A stretch of 64,000 nucleotides of DNA, from contig NC_043000.1 of assembly GCF_006345805.1 (NCBI RefSeq), positions 99,510,001-99,574,000 of the forward strand, written 5' to 3'. The stretch is from Octopus sinensis (taxonomy: Eukaryota). This document shows positions 1 to 13,707 of this stretch, piece after piece. Each line of letters opens with the position of its first letter. Positions within the stretch are counted from its first letter, which is position 1. Both the position numbers and the translations under genes were made by a program. Under the pieces are notes generated by a model. It saw only the letters and a list, made by a program, of their open reading frames with translations. It had not been told where the DNA came from and did no database searches.

Positions 1-231
1 TTCACAAACAACATCAGTAATTTTATTCAGCTGAATACACGTCATTGATTGGTTGAAATTACCGAAATAGGACAACTTTAACGTGAAATAACTTCGTAAA
101 TATAAAGTTTTCTCAAAAACGCTAAGAGTAAAAAATGTTTTATATGACACATTCTACCAGTATACGAAGTTTGAAAGTGTTTAGTTACAAAAAATTATTT
201 TCTAAATCTGCCGGTCAAAAGGTAAAGATCC
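1..231 (-). mobile_element. Partial MITE, diverged relative of the element at 3759-4168
   Basis: The reverse complement aligns by eye with 3759-3960 (taactaaacact..aaacttcgtatactggtagaatgt, atttcaaccaatcaat). It ends in the TIR-like ctgccggtcaaaaggtaaagatcc. Confidence 0.7.
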
Positions 232-264
232 ATACAAACTGACACACATACCAATTTACCGTAT

Positions 265-1424
265 TTCTTTTATCTTTTACATCTTTCGGTCATTAGGCTG
301 CGGCCAGGCTGGGGCACTGGATTGAAGAAATTTTGGTCGAATGTATCGACCCCAGCACTTATTTGTTTTTTATAAAGCCTAGTAGCTATTCTGTCAGTTC
401 TTTTGCCGAACCGTTAAGTTACGGGGATGGGAACACACTAGCGCCAGAGGTCAAATGGTGGTAGAGGACAAACACGGACACACGCACACACGCACACACA
501 CAAACGTGCACATACACACACAAACGCGCGCGCACACACACACACACACACAATACATACATACACATACATACATGCATACATCATACGTACATACATA
601 CATCATACATATATACATAAACACACACCACACACACACACACACATACATACATACATACATACATCATACATACATACATACATACATACATATGGAT
701 CTATGTAAACGTTGATATGTGGGTTCGATTCCTACGTGTTCAGCTCATCATTTTTCAGTCATATGTTTAGATTATGTCGCTTTAATGGGAGTATATATAT
801 ATAATAATATATTATTATAGTTATTATTGTATAAAGAAGAATTTCGTGGTCGCTTTTCTCCGTAACTTACCAAGACTTCGGGTTTGTTTACAAAATTACA
901 TGTCATTAAATTTGACTGAAATTGATGGATGAAACTTTGGGTCAATCGGATATGCATGGAGCCGCGTAAGCGTTGATATATGGGTTCGATTCCAACGTGT
1001 TCAGCTCATCATTTTTCAGTCATATATTTAGATTATGTCGCTTTAATCGGAATGTATATTATTATAATACAGTATTATAGTTATCACTGTATATATATAA
1101 AAAAATAAAAAATAAAAAAAACTTTCGTGGTCACTTTTCTCCGTAAATTATCAACCCTTCGGGTTTGTTTACGAAATTATATGTATATATATAATTATAT
1201 GTATATACGACGAGCTTCTTTCAGTTTTTTTCTACCAAATCCACTCACAAGGCTCATGTTGGAATCGAACCCATATATCAACACTTACACGGCTCCATGC
1301 ATATCCGATTGGCTCAAAGTTTCATCCATCAATTTCAGACTTGCCCGAGGTGTCACACAGTTGGACTGAGCCCAGAACCATGTGATTCGAAAGCAAGCTT
1401 ATTACAACACAGCCACGCCTGCGC
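265..1424 (-). mobile_element. tRNA-derived SINE (CORE-like family A), split by microsatellite and a tandem insert
   Basis: The 3' half (265-480) and the head (1207-1424, ...cacagccacgcctgcgc) match the full copies at 1505-1899 and 43602-43986. Confidence 0.75.
696..1190 (+). repeat. Two ~261-bp tandem units with a tRNA-like A/B box
   Basis: cgttgatat.tgggttcgattcc.acgtgttcagctcatcatttttcagtcatat occurs at 710 and 971. Confidence 0.8.
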
Positions 1425-1504
1425 TAGTATGTATGTGTGCAAGCCAAATAATTTTTTTTTCAAACTTAATTTCGATTCAATCGTAATACGCACCATACTA
1501 CTAC

Positions 1505-1899
1505 TATTTACTATTTAACTTGTTTCAGTCATTTGACTGCGGCCATGCTGGAGCGCCGCCTTTAGTCGATCAAATCGACCCCGGGACTTATTCTTTGTAA
1601 GCCCAGTACTTATTCTATCGGTCTCTTTAAGCCGAACCGCTAAGTGACGAGGACGTAAACACACCAGCATCGGTTGTCAAGCAATACTAGGGGGACAAAC
1701 ACAGACACACAAACACACACACACACATATATATATATACATATATACGACAGGCTTCTTTCAGTTTCCGTCTACCAAATCCACTGGTCGGCCCGAGGCT
1801 ATAGCAGAAGACACTTGCCCAAGATGCCACGCAGTGGGACTGAACCCGCAACCATGTGGTTGGTTAGCAAGCTACTTACCACACAGCCACTCCTGCGCC
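1505..1899 (-). mobile_element. Near full-length tRNA-derived SINE family A (OK/OR-like octopus SINE)
   Basis: On the minus strand: head ggcgcaggagtggctgtgtggtaag (A box), gggttcagtccc (B box), CORE-like ggcatcttgggcaagtgtctt, internal (TA)/(TG) tract, and tail ctccagcatggccgcagtcaaatgactgaaacaag. Confidence 0.9.
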
Positions 1900-2197
1900 T
1901 ATCTGAAATTTCATAAAATAAAAAGATCCGTCTTTCGGAAAGTCATGAGGAAACAAAGGCAGCTTGTGGGAGAAACTGCTCTCCTCCCTCACCCTCGGAA
2001 AAAACTTTTTGACACCAAAGAAATTGTGATATAATCGGAATCTGAAGCACATTTCTAGAACATTTCATGAAAAATGTCCAGTTTTCTGGAACTGGAAGTT
2101 ATGAGGAAACTAAGTCGAAAGAAGGGGGGTGCACTAGTGGGGGTATGTCTAAATGACATCCCGATGACTTCGCCAATTTAACTTTTATTAATAGTTG

Positions 2198-2221
2198 CCT
2201 TACACACACACGCACACACAC

Positions 2222-2252
<31 letters not shown>

Positions 2253-2385
2253 CACACACACACACACACAGACACACATATATAACAGCAATTTGTAATG
2301 TTTCACCTGTATATATATTTGTGTGTGTGTGTGTATGTATGTATATATATATATATATATATACACGCACACATATACATACATA

Positions 2386-2425
<40 letters not shown>

Positions 2426-2477
2426 CACACACACATATATACATACATACCATACATAGATATATATATACATATAT

Positions 2478-2520
<43 letters not shown>

Positions 2521-2531
2521 TACACATACAT

Positions 2532-2579
<48 letters not shown>

Positions 2580-2585
2580 GTGTGT
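2198..2585. repeat. Compound (CA)n/(TA)n/(TACA)n microsatellite
   Basis: Read directly from the sequence. Confidence 0.95.
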
Positions 2586-3204
2586 TATATTAAACATACA
2601 GAAGGGTATTGATTGAAATACCCCTTGCTATGTACTGAGCTATCGTTCTAATCCACAATTTACTATAAAAATATGTTATTAATAATGTTAGTGATACTTA
2701 TTTAAATATACATATATATATATATACTTTATATAAAGCATATTACTCTACCACTGGTATTTGAGTACTCTTTTTTCCACCTTGTTTCACATTTATGTGT
2801 TTACTCCGGTATATATATATATATATATATATACATGTACATGTGTGTCTCTATGTGCATATGTATATGTGTCTATACACACACACACACACACACATAT
2901 ACATATACACACTGTAACACTCACACACTCAAACTTGCATGTATGTATCTATGTATTTATACTGATATGAGTAACCAAGTTACGTACCCCCTGGCATAAT
3001 TAATATATGTAAAAATAATACAGTAACATCAAATATCAAAAACTTCGCCGAATAGAGAACGCTACTTTCATTAATATGCATATCAAACAACTGTTACTCT
3101 CTCTCTCTCTCTCTCTCGCACACAAACACAGCTATATATATACCACTTAAAATGTAGAACTGTTTTCTAAAATTCGATATATTAAAAAGAAACACGAAAA
3201 CAAA

Positions 3205-3360
3205 AAACAACCAATAGTGACGGGCTTCCTTAAAAATACTTTGGCTGACACCCTTTCTAACCAATCTTAATTGTATGTATACACTAAAGAAGAAAAAAAA
3301 AAAGAAGAGAAAAACAAGCAAAAACAAAAGCATAGACAGTAGCCTCCCATAATGCAATAT
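3205..3360 (+). promoter_or_regulatory. Possible promoter motif cluster (two CCAAT boxes, ZNF143/Staf-like site)
   Basis: CCAAT at 3211 and 3261, tgacg at 3218, and cctcccataatgca at 3343-3356, all in non-repeat sequence. Motif match only. Confidence 0.2.
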
Positions 3361-3758
3361 GTTAAAGATAAAATTAAAGAATTAAAATGAAAAAGCTTGG
3401 CTGTTCTTGTGTGGAGTGTTAGGGTGCCGTTTGTATAAGTTCCCATCAACGGGAATTATTCAAACAATTAGTAGGCGAAATAATCTCTATCAGAATGCTA
3501 GAAGAGTGATAATTGCAAGTAAATTAGTCTAGCCAAATCAACGAACATATTTCGTTCTTATTAGACCTTCTTAGCGAAGTATATTCTGTTCGGGAATAAT
3601 ACAAATGATCAATATATATATAAGTTTCGAAAATCAATTAAGGTTATCATATTTTCAGTCTGTGGAGAAATGGCTAAAATTTTTCCTGTTTGTAATTATA
3701 CCATATGTTACATATTATTATTATGTGTGTGTGTGTGTGTGTATGTGTGTATATATAT

Positions 3759-4168
3759 GAATCTTTTCGGTTTGAACGGCAGTTTTAAAAAATAATTTCC
3801 ACGTAACTAAACACTTTTAAACTTCGTATACTGGTAGAATGTATTTATAAAACATCTTTTTCTCTTGGCTTTATTGAGAAAATTCTATAGTTTGTAAGAT
3901 ATTTGTTGTTTTTTTCTTCAATTTCTGCAATTTCAACCAATCAATAACGTCTATTGAGGTGAAAACATTCTGTGCCGTATGAATATGTCCCTCGTTTAAG
4001 AAACAGATTGGATTTATTTACATTCCTGAAGAAAAAAATATACCCTTACCCCTAACCCTAACCCTAAAACAGATTGAAATGCAATAGATCGATACTAGGG
4101 TCATAATTATGGGTGACAATTTCATATGACACCGCTAAAAAAGACTGCCGTTCAAACCAAAAAGATCC
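3759..4168. mobile_element. 410-bp MITE with ~27-bp TIRs and internal (CCCTAA)3
   Basis: Left end gaatcttttcggtttgaacggcagtttt and right end aaagactgccgttcaaaccaaaaagatcc are inverted repeats. Flanked by (TA)n. Confidence 0.85.
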
Positions 4169-4344
4169 TGTATATATATATATTATACAGTATATATATT
4201 ATACGATGGCCTTCCATACAGGCTCTGTTTTTGAAACAAGGTATTGGTCGGACCGGGGCTATCGTAGACACTTGTCCAAAGTGCCACGCAGTAGGACCGA
4301 ACCGGAAATCACGAAGTTTGAAAGGTAACTTCTAAAATCACTCC

Positions 4345-4688
4345 GGATTCAGTCTGACTACGTGGCACCTTGAGCAAGTGTCTTCTACTATAGCCTCGTA
4401 TCGACTAAAACCTTGTGAGTGGGTTTGGAAGACGAAAACTGAGAGAAGCCGCCACATGTGTGTGTGTCTGTGTGTCTTTGTGTGTGTTTATCTCCCACCA
4501 TCGCTTGACAACTGGTGTTGGTGTGTTTACGTCCCTGAAACTTAGCGGTTCGGCAAAAAAGATCGAAAAAGTAAGTACTAAGCTTAAAAAAAAAAGTACT
4601 GGGATCGATACATTCGACTAAAATTTCAAGACTGTGCCGCGGCATGGCCGCAGTCAAATCACTGAAAGAAGTAAAAGATAAAAGATCC
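4345..4688 (+). mobile_element. SINE family A, 5'-truncated, back-to-back with a minus-strand head fragment (4204-4330)
   Basis: gtggcaccttgagcaagtgtcttctactatagcctc ... gcatggccgcagtcaaat..ctgaaagaagtaaaag. Confidence 0.85.
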
Positions 4689-4999
4689 TATTTTAGCTCA
4701 CTTTATATCAATACCTCTTTCGAAAGGAAAAAGAACGAAAGAACTTCTTTTACTCGAACCACAGTAGGTTGATATTTTGGTATCGTTTGTGCGAGGTCGT
4801 TCGAGCTTGTCCTCGAGATAGCAACGAGATTCCTACTTCATCTCATTAAATCGTCTCAGTGAAGGAAATATGAGCCCAGAAGATGAAAGAATGGGTGCTT
4901 AAAACTTGGAATGCATTCTGTCGGAGTTATCCTGGAGCTAAAACATGAGCAACCAGCCGAAAATCTGCTTTAGATGACATCAGAAAGATTTATACTGGT

Positions 5000-5212
5000 T
5001 TCTTCAAATTTTGACACACGGCTAGCAAGTTCAGGGGAAAGGGTAAGTCGATTACATCGACCCCAGTGCCCTACTGGCACTTATTTTATCGGCCCCAAAA
5101 GGATGAAAGGCAAATCGACCAAAGTCGAATTTGAACTCAGAACGTAAAGACGGACGAAATGCCGCTAAGCAGTTTGCCCGGTGTGCTAACGATTCTGCTA
5201 GCTCACTGTCTT
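5000..5212 (-). mobile_element. tRNA-derived SINE family B (Nin/Deu-like central domain)
   Basis: Minus strand: gagttcaaatt (B box), then tttgcctttcatccttttggggccgataaaataagtgccag. Further fragments lie at 5735-6030. Confidence 0.8.
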
Positions 5213-5232
5213 CAGTGGACAATACCACCAGA

Positions 5233-5579
5233 TACTCTTTTACTTGTTTCAGTCATATGACTATGGCCATGCTGGGGCACCACCTTTAGTCGAGCAAATC
5301 GACCCCAGGACTTATTCTTTGTAAGACTAGTACTTTTTCTATCGGTCTCTTTTGACGAACCGCCAAGTTACGGTCATGTAAACACACCAGCATCGGTTGT
5401 TAAGCGATGTTGGGGTGACAAACACAGACACACAAACATATACACACACACACATATATATATATATATATCGCGTCTGTGGAGTGCTCAGCCACTTACA
5501 CGTTAATTTCACGAGCAGGCTGTTCCGTTGATTCAGATCAACCGGAACCCTCATCGTCGTAACCGACGGAGTGCTTCCT

Positions 5580-5615
<36 letters not shown>

Positions 5616-5733
5616 GACAGGCTTCTTTCAGTTTCCGTCTACCAAATCCACTCACAAGGCTTTGGTCGGCCCGAGGATATAGTAGAAGACATTTGTCCAA
5701 GGTGCCACGCAGTGAGACTGAACCCGAAACCAC
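5233..5733 (-). mobile_element. SINE family A with a family C tail fragment (5472-5580) inside its microsatellite
   Basis: Matches the family A consensus. The insert tgtggagtgctcagccactt..cgtaaccgacggagtg matches 15825-15925. Confidence 0.85.
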
Positions 5734-6705
5734 CGTTTGAGCTCAAGGAGGTAAAGACGGACGAACTGCTGCTAATCAATTTGCCCGGCGTGCCAACGAT
5801 TCTGCCAGCTCTCCGCCCTGAAATAGAAAGCAATCCATTATACTTTAGGGACAATAGAGGAGGGAGGGAGCTAGTCGATCAGATAGACTCCAGTGCTCAA
5901 CAGGTATTTATTTCATCGATCTGGATAGGATGAAAGACAAGGGCGACCTCAGCGGGATTTGAGCTCAGAACGTAAAGCGCCTGAAGAAATACCGCTAAGC
6001 ATATTATCCGACCCACTAGCTCGACTAAACAGATAGAATTAAGAAGAGGAGGCGTGACACAAGTCGATATTTTAAGCACTTTTATTTTATTAGCAAAGAT
6101 TCTTGTTTATTCTCTAAGCAATTGAATTCTTCTGCTTCGGCATATATAAAATATCATAAAATCTTATATATATATACTTCCCCTCTCAATATTACTTTGG
6201 CAAATATGATTATGGTTAAATCTATGATACTCTGATAAGGTCATAATAATTACAAAACATGTCTGGAGTTGTCTCCCGTACTTCCCGAAGAATTTGAAAA
6301 AAAAAATATTTTTCATTAACTGAAACATATTGCCGTTACTCTGAGATAACAAAACGCTGATATAATTTCTTACCTATTATCTCTGTCCTCATTCTTGTAA
6401 GAGGATATACACACGAAACCTTGACGCATAATTTCTTTATTCACATTGCAAATATACCAAGAATTTTACATGTTTTTGTTAATTTTTTCCGCACACCCAC
6501 TTTGTGTGGCTATATATCTGTGTGTGTGTGTTTATGTGTGTGTCTTTTAGTGAGTACGAACATGTGTTTATATATATATATATTTATATGTATGTATCTA
6601 TATACATATATACACACAAATATGTAATACACTCACACGTACACACATGTGCTTGTATATAAGTACATGCACACACTTAGACACATTCACACATTTATCT
6701 ATCTA

Positions 6706-6766
<61 letters not shown>

Positions 6767-7087
6767 TTGTCTGTCTATTTATATACGGTAGTCTCATGCG
6801 CGCACACACACATACTCACACACACCTGCGCGCGCACACGCACATACACCATAAGTTCTCACATATATATTATATACTGAGTTGCAAAACTTCGATTAAC
6901 TAACATCATTCACACTGTCGATCGATATAAAATCCCCCTTGAATTGTTAAAAAGAAAAGAAAAAAAGAATAAGAAAAACACTATGAGCAAGAGAAATAAC
7001 TGCAATAAAATAAAATAATTGACATATTTCGGAAAGTGGAATCGAAGTAGATGCAAGTGAATTTTGTTCCTAAAACCAACTGGTGGT

Positions 7088-7135
7088 AGCAAGTGACATG
7101 TTTCGGTCGTATTAGTTCTCTTCAGCGAAGCACAT
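7088..7135 (-). ncRNA. Degenerate minimal type I hammerhead-like motif
   Basis: Minus strand CTGAAGA-gaactaatacgacc-GAAA-catg-TC. Core and palindromic stem III are present; stems I and II pair poorly. Confidence 0.4.
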
Positions 7136-7551
7136 TGCACTCATCAAGACGATTTGATCTGCAAAGATAAAAAAGTTACACGAATGTTCTATCGCTGAAG
7201 AGAAAGATTTCAGTTTAAAACCCGGAAAAATATCCGTTACTTTTCGTCGTCGACTTTTAGTACAAGACACATTATCATCTACGCATAAATAATGTCAGTC
7301 AGTTTATACTAACCGCATAAATAATGTCAGTCAAACGCATTCTGAAATTATTGTATCATTATATATGTATGTAGTATATATGAGTATATACATGAAAAAA
7401 TATATAAGTACACAGACGTGTATGTACATACATGCACACGTATACATGTATATTATATATACACAAGCACACAAATGTGTACACATTGATATATGTACAT
7501 ACACACATACATGCATACAGATAGGTATGTGTACACATATACGTAGGTATT

Positions 7552-7594
<43 letters not shown>

Positions 7595-7608
7595 CACACA
7601 TACACACA

Positions 7609-7641
<33 letters not shown>

Positions 7642-7664
7642 CAACACATTTATATATATATGTA

Positions 7665-7700
<36 letters not shown>

Positions 7701-8075
7701 ATACATACATACATACAAATAGGTATGTGTGTATATATATAATCGTCATCATATATATATATATATACACACGCACACACACACATATATATTATATTAT
7801 ATATATCTATATAAATTTATATATACACATATACACTCATACACATGTTGGAATGTAGTGTCCAAGTAAAGTTAAAAGTACTCAATACAGACGTAGAGTA
7901 CAGTTTTCTAATGTTGAGATAACTCTGTTACTACTGACGTCTTTGAGTATCACTGCGATTGAGCGAATGGCGAAGCACGCGAAACTCCGAGTAACAACCA
8001 GAGAATAATCGCAAGTACTACAAGTACACACACACATATATGCGCGTGCGTGTGTAGTATATGTATAAGCTTTAC

Positions 8076-8109
<34 letters not shown>

Positions 8110-8189
8110 CTTACTCTATCGATATAGGCTTTACCTTATGCATGCCATGCCATAACTGCGACGATGTTTTAATAATGTTCTTGAAGTTA

Positions 8190-8910
8190 ATGTAGTTGTG
8201 GTGGTGGTGGATGCGGTGGTAGTGGTTGTAGTGTTGATAGTAGTGGCGGTGGTGTTCATATTAGCAGTAGCATTGCTCGTGCTGGTAGTGTGCTGTTGAT
8301 GGTAGTAGTGATGGTGGTGCTACTATGTAAGCAATTGCTCACTGTTTATTGTCAACTGGCAGTTTATAACTATCCCCTCCCCCTATTTGCCCCTACCTCC
8401 ACCCGTTTCCCCCTCCCCTACAAGTCTTAATATCTCCCTGTCTATCTATAATATCTCTCAAAATATACCTATCTACATAATATCTCTCAGTATCCTTCTC
8501 ACCCTCTCTCTATCACTATATCTATCTCCCGTTCGTTCTCTTACTATCACTCACCCTGTTTTATCCCTCCATTTAATCTCTTTCTATCTCTTCCTTTAAA
8601 GCTAACCTCCTCTTCCTTACCTCAACACACTCTCTGTCTTCGTCTCTGTTTTTCTTTTCTTCCCCCTCTCTCTCTGTCTTTCATTCTTTTTTCCCTCTCT
8701 GTCTGTCTGTCTCACTTTTCTTTATTTTTTAGTTTTATTTCCGCGCTCTCTTATATATTTTTTTTCTTTTTGCCTCCTCTTCATCTCTCATATTTTCTTT
8801 ACTTTTTTTCCCCCCCTCTTACTTCTCACATTTCTCACTCCCATTCTCCTCATTTCCCTTGTCTCTTTCTGTCTCTCTATCTTTCTCTCCCCCTCACACT
8901 TTCTCACCAG
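8190..8910. repeat. (GTG/GTA)n tract followed by a long CT-rich pyrimidine tract
   Basis: Read directly from the sequence. Confidence 0.85.
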
Positions 8911-8968
8911 CGATCACAACACATTTTCGCATGAAATGGCCACGGATTTTACCCAACTCTTTAGTTTG
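8911..8968 (+). other. Candidate short exon, possibly with a start codon (MATDFTQLFSL)
   Basis: Polypyrimidine tract and ccag acceptor ending at 8910, gaaATGG at 8936, donor ttg|gtatgt at 8968/8969. No homology recognised. Confidence 0.25.
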
Positions 8969-9814
8969 GTATGTATAAAAAACATTAATATATACATATA
9001 TATATAAGAAGCACTGTGTATATTTTATAACTAGACATATCTATATATCCATAACTATTTGTATATACTTATGTCTCTCTATATATATACATATATCTGT
9101 GTGATGTTATTTTTTCTGAGAGTAAGGGTGTAAATATATTTCTTGTGTTATGTATTTTTCTACAGTTAATATTCCATTCGAGAACGGTGTTTACACACAC
9201 ACACACACACTCACACACACACATAGACAGACATTCACACACATATATACATACATTTAGGTATGTGTATATTGGCATTTGGCTGCATATATCTGTTGTA
9301 TATTTATGTTTATATATATGCGTGTGTGTGTCCTCTTATATAGTCTTTCGTTTGTGTGAGTGTGTGTGTACTTAATATTTGTGTGGGAGAAAAGCGTTTT
9401 CAAAATATATATATATGTGTGTGTGTGTGTATGCATTTGGGGTTTTCGTTTAATGTAAAGTCTGCATGTGCGCGTGTTTGTACACACTCGTAGTTGTATT
9501 TATTAATGAATGTGTATAATTTCTTTCAGATTAATTCATATGTGTGAATGTATGCGTGCTGCGCATTATTATTATTATTATTATTATTGTTATTATTATT
9601 ATTATTATTATTATTTATATATTTATTAATCTATTTTGCTTTCACTGCGTGTGTCATTTTGCTGTGTGTGTATCAATTATATACATACAGGTGAGTGTGC
9701 ATGCGTGTTTATTTGTTTTGTACGTATGTTTTAATTTGAAGTGTATACGAATTTGGTGATAATGTATGTGTTGGTAAGAGTACGTTAACTTTGAAGTCTT
9801 ATTTTATTATTGTC

Positions 9815-10020
9815 CCTGATTAGCTCTTATTGAGCTGAACTATATTATTATGATCAGTGGCGTTCCAACAATGACCATCCTGTCACATTTTCAGACATAG
9901 TATACCGAGGACAACATTGATCGTTATGTTCTTCCCTTGTTTAGATATTAGGGTTTTATCTGATAAATATTTGGCTGCTATATCTAGCAAGTCGAGCAGC
10001 CACTTAAAAGTCTCCCCTTT
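9815..10020 (-). repeat. Dispersed repeat fragment (diverged copies at ~20300-20490 and ~55890-56070)
   Basis: Shared blocks tttggctgctat.tctagca and gaccatcc.gtc (reverse complement ctgctagaaatag, gggatggtcgtgactggaa at 55.9-56.0 kb). Confidence 0.55.
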
Positions 10021-10639
10021 AGCTTGAGTTTCAAGCGTGTGTGTATGCGTGCGTGTGCGCGCGCTTGGTTGCTTCTCAGTGTGAGAATATCTGTACGCTA
10101 TTGTTTTTTTTTCTTTTCAAGACAAACTCAGCGCTCCACCCATGATCATCTCAACTTTTATACATTGGACTGTAATTGCCTAATGTGTCCTTTTGTATTT
10201 TCATACAATAGGTTGTCATTTGACTGGTATTTCTAGCAGTGTCTGATTTGTATCATACTGTGTAAGACTATGTATGCATAATGACACATATACATTTATA
10301 TATATATATATACACATATATATATGAGTGTGTGTGTGTGTATACATGCGTAAACATTCACAACATATGTATACGCATGTGTGATTGTTTCATTAATGGT
10401 TATTATTTTGCCTCAAGTCTTCTTGTACTCGCTAGACTTCTGATAAAAAGCTTTCCACCCGTGACCATCATATTTAATTCATTTAAAACTACATTGACAA
10501 AGAAGAACTTTGGTTGCTATTTCTAGTACCTCAAACGACCTCGTAGACGCTCCGTCAATGGATGGTTCGTTTCATAAATGCATGTATCGAGGCTGATATG
10601 AAAAAATTTACCAAAATTTCTGGAGTTTGATATATTTTG

Positions 10640-11073
10640 TTTATATTGTACGCAAGTATATATATATACTATCGCGATCAGAGAACATTTCATATTTAAG
10701 AATCACACACATACACACACACACACACATATTTAAAATACATATATTTATAAATACATATTGACATATATACAAATACATATTCACACATTCATATCTA
10801 TGTGCATATATAATATATATAATATATTTATATTTGTCATTGTGTGTATGTACGTATGTATATATATATGTATAAATGGACATACGTGTGTTCATGTGTT
10901 TATATCTCTCTATATATACATATATTTACATGGTTATATATATATATGTGTGTGTGTGTGTATTTTTATACACACATATATGTATATATTTTTGTATGTT
11001 ATGTATATAGTTATGTATGTGTAGAAAAAGTAGGTACATATGAATAATAGTTTCTCTTTCTCTCTATGTATAT

Positions 11074-11105
<32 letters not shown>

Positions 11106-11305
11106 ATTGTACGTATATAAATATGCATCTATTTATAGGTGAGTTGTGTACAAATGAATTTCTATATGCGATTGCGTGTGTGTGTGTGTATATATATATA
11201 TATATGTACACAAATATAAATGCATCATATATATATATATATATAATGTAAACATGTATTATCAGACACGCGTATAGCTATATAAGTTTATATATTTACA
11301 CATGC

Positions 11306-11336
<31 letters not shown>

Positions 11337-11427
11337 ATGTAAACATGTATGTATGTATATCAGACACACGTATAGGTATATAGGTTTATATATTTACACA
11401 TGCATGTATATAATATATTATAATATA

Positions 11428-11465
<38 letters not shown>

Positions 11466-11709
11466 TTATGTATATATATTTGTATAGATATGGTCTATTT
11501 ACTGTATACACAGATATATGTGAAGTTTGTAGACATATACGCCTGATTATGTTGTGTGGTGTACGCAGAAAGGGAGATGAGCATAAAAGTGTGTACAAAA
11601 TTCTCAGGCCTCTGTGTTTGATTTATATTGCGCTTTTATACCGATATCTACAAAAATCAAGATTAATGCGTATGAGTATCAATACTTCAGTACGTGTGTG
11701 CGTGTATAT

Positions 11710-11756
<47 letters not shown>

Positions 11757-11935
11757 ACACATATATAGTTGTATACATAAATATATATATGAGTGTGCGC
11801 GCGCGCATATTGTACAACGTGTGTATCAATCTATATATAAATATATGTGTAGTATAACACAAAGTTAGGGGGTTATGGGTGTAATTTTTATTTATATATA
11901 TATATAACGCGTGCTCACAAACGTATGTGTGTATT

Positions 11936-11977
<42 letters not shown>

Positions 11978-12617
11978 TGTATATTAATGTATATATATAT
12001 ATATATATGCGTATATTAATATATATGCGTATATATATATATATATGCGTATATATATATATATATATGCGTATATATATATATATCATATATATTAATA
12101 TATATATATATGCATATATATTAATATATATATATATGCATATATATAGATATATATATATGCGTATATATACATATATGTATATATATGTTATATAATC
12201 ATATGTATATACATATATATATGCGTATATATACATATATGTATATATATGTTATATAATCATATGTATGTGCATGTATATATATAATATATATATATAC
12301 ACGCACACGCGCATAGAAATATACGTATATCCATATATATTCATTTGGGTGTGTGTGTATACATATACACTTGCACAACTTCATATATATATATATATAT
12401 AATATCGATCAATACGCGCGTATGTATTTATATCTCTGTCATTGCGTGTGAATATATAAATGTAATACATATATATATTATATATAATATGTATTTTGTA
12501 TATGTATATTAGAACACATACATAATATATATATAACATGCATATATATTATGTATATATATTTGTTTGTGTCTATTCAGTTATATATATCTAGATTCTT
12601 ATGCGCATATATATATT

Positions 12618-12666
<49 letters not shown>

Positions 12667-12919
12667 ACATATCCTTATGTCTTTGTGTCATACTATATGT
12701 ACATCAGCCAAATGTATTGATGAATGTGTGTACATGAATATATGTACATGTATATGTATATTTTTGAATGTGTACATATATACATATATACATATGAAAT
12801 GTATATATATATATATTTATGAATGTATATATATATATTATATACATAAAAAATATATAATAAATATATTATATTATATACCCATAATATATATATATAT
12901 ATCCATAATATATATATAC

Positions 12920-12975
<56 letters not shown>

Positions 12976-13676
12976 ACATAATATGAATACGTATATATAT
13001 ATATATACATATTTATATATGAATAAGTATATATATACATATTTATATATGAATACGTATATATATATATATACATATTTATATATGAATGTGTATATAT
13101 ATACATACATATATATGAATACGTAATATATATATATATACATATTTATATGAATGTGTTATATACATATATATGAATTTGTATTATATATCTATATATA
13201 TACATGCATGCATATATATATGAAAATGTGTTTTATATCACATATATATATCAATATTTATATTATATGTATATACATATATATATGCGTATATAACATA
13301 TAGTATATATATGTTATAAATCATATGTATGTGCTATATATATTATATATATATAATACACGCACACGCGCATAGAAATATACGTATATCCATATATATT
13401 CATTTGGGTGTGTGTGTATACATATACACTTGCACAACTTCATATATATATATATATATAATATCGATCAATACGCGTATGTATTTATATCTCTGTCATT
13501 GCGTGTGAATATTATAAATGTAATACATATATAATATAGATAATAGTATTTTGTATATGTATATTAGAACACATACATAATATATATATAACATGCATAT
13601 ATATTATGTATATATTTGTTTGTGTCTATTCAGTTATATAATATCTATATTCTCTATGCGCCATATATATATTTAA

Positions 13677-13707
<31 letters not shown>

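Noticed and set aside
4050-4067. Telomeric repeat
   Set aside because: Only three units, and internal to a MITE.
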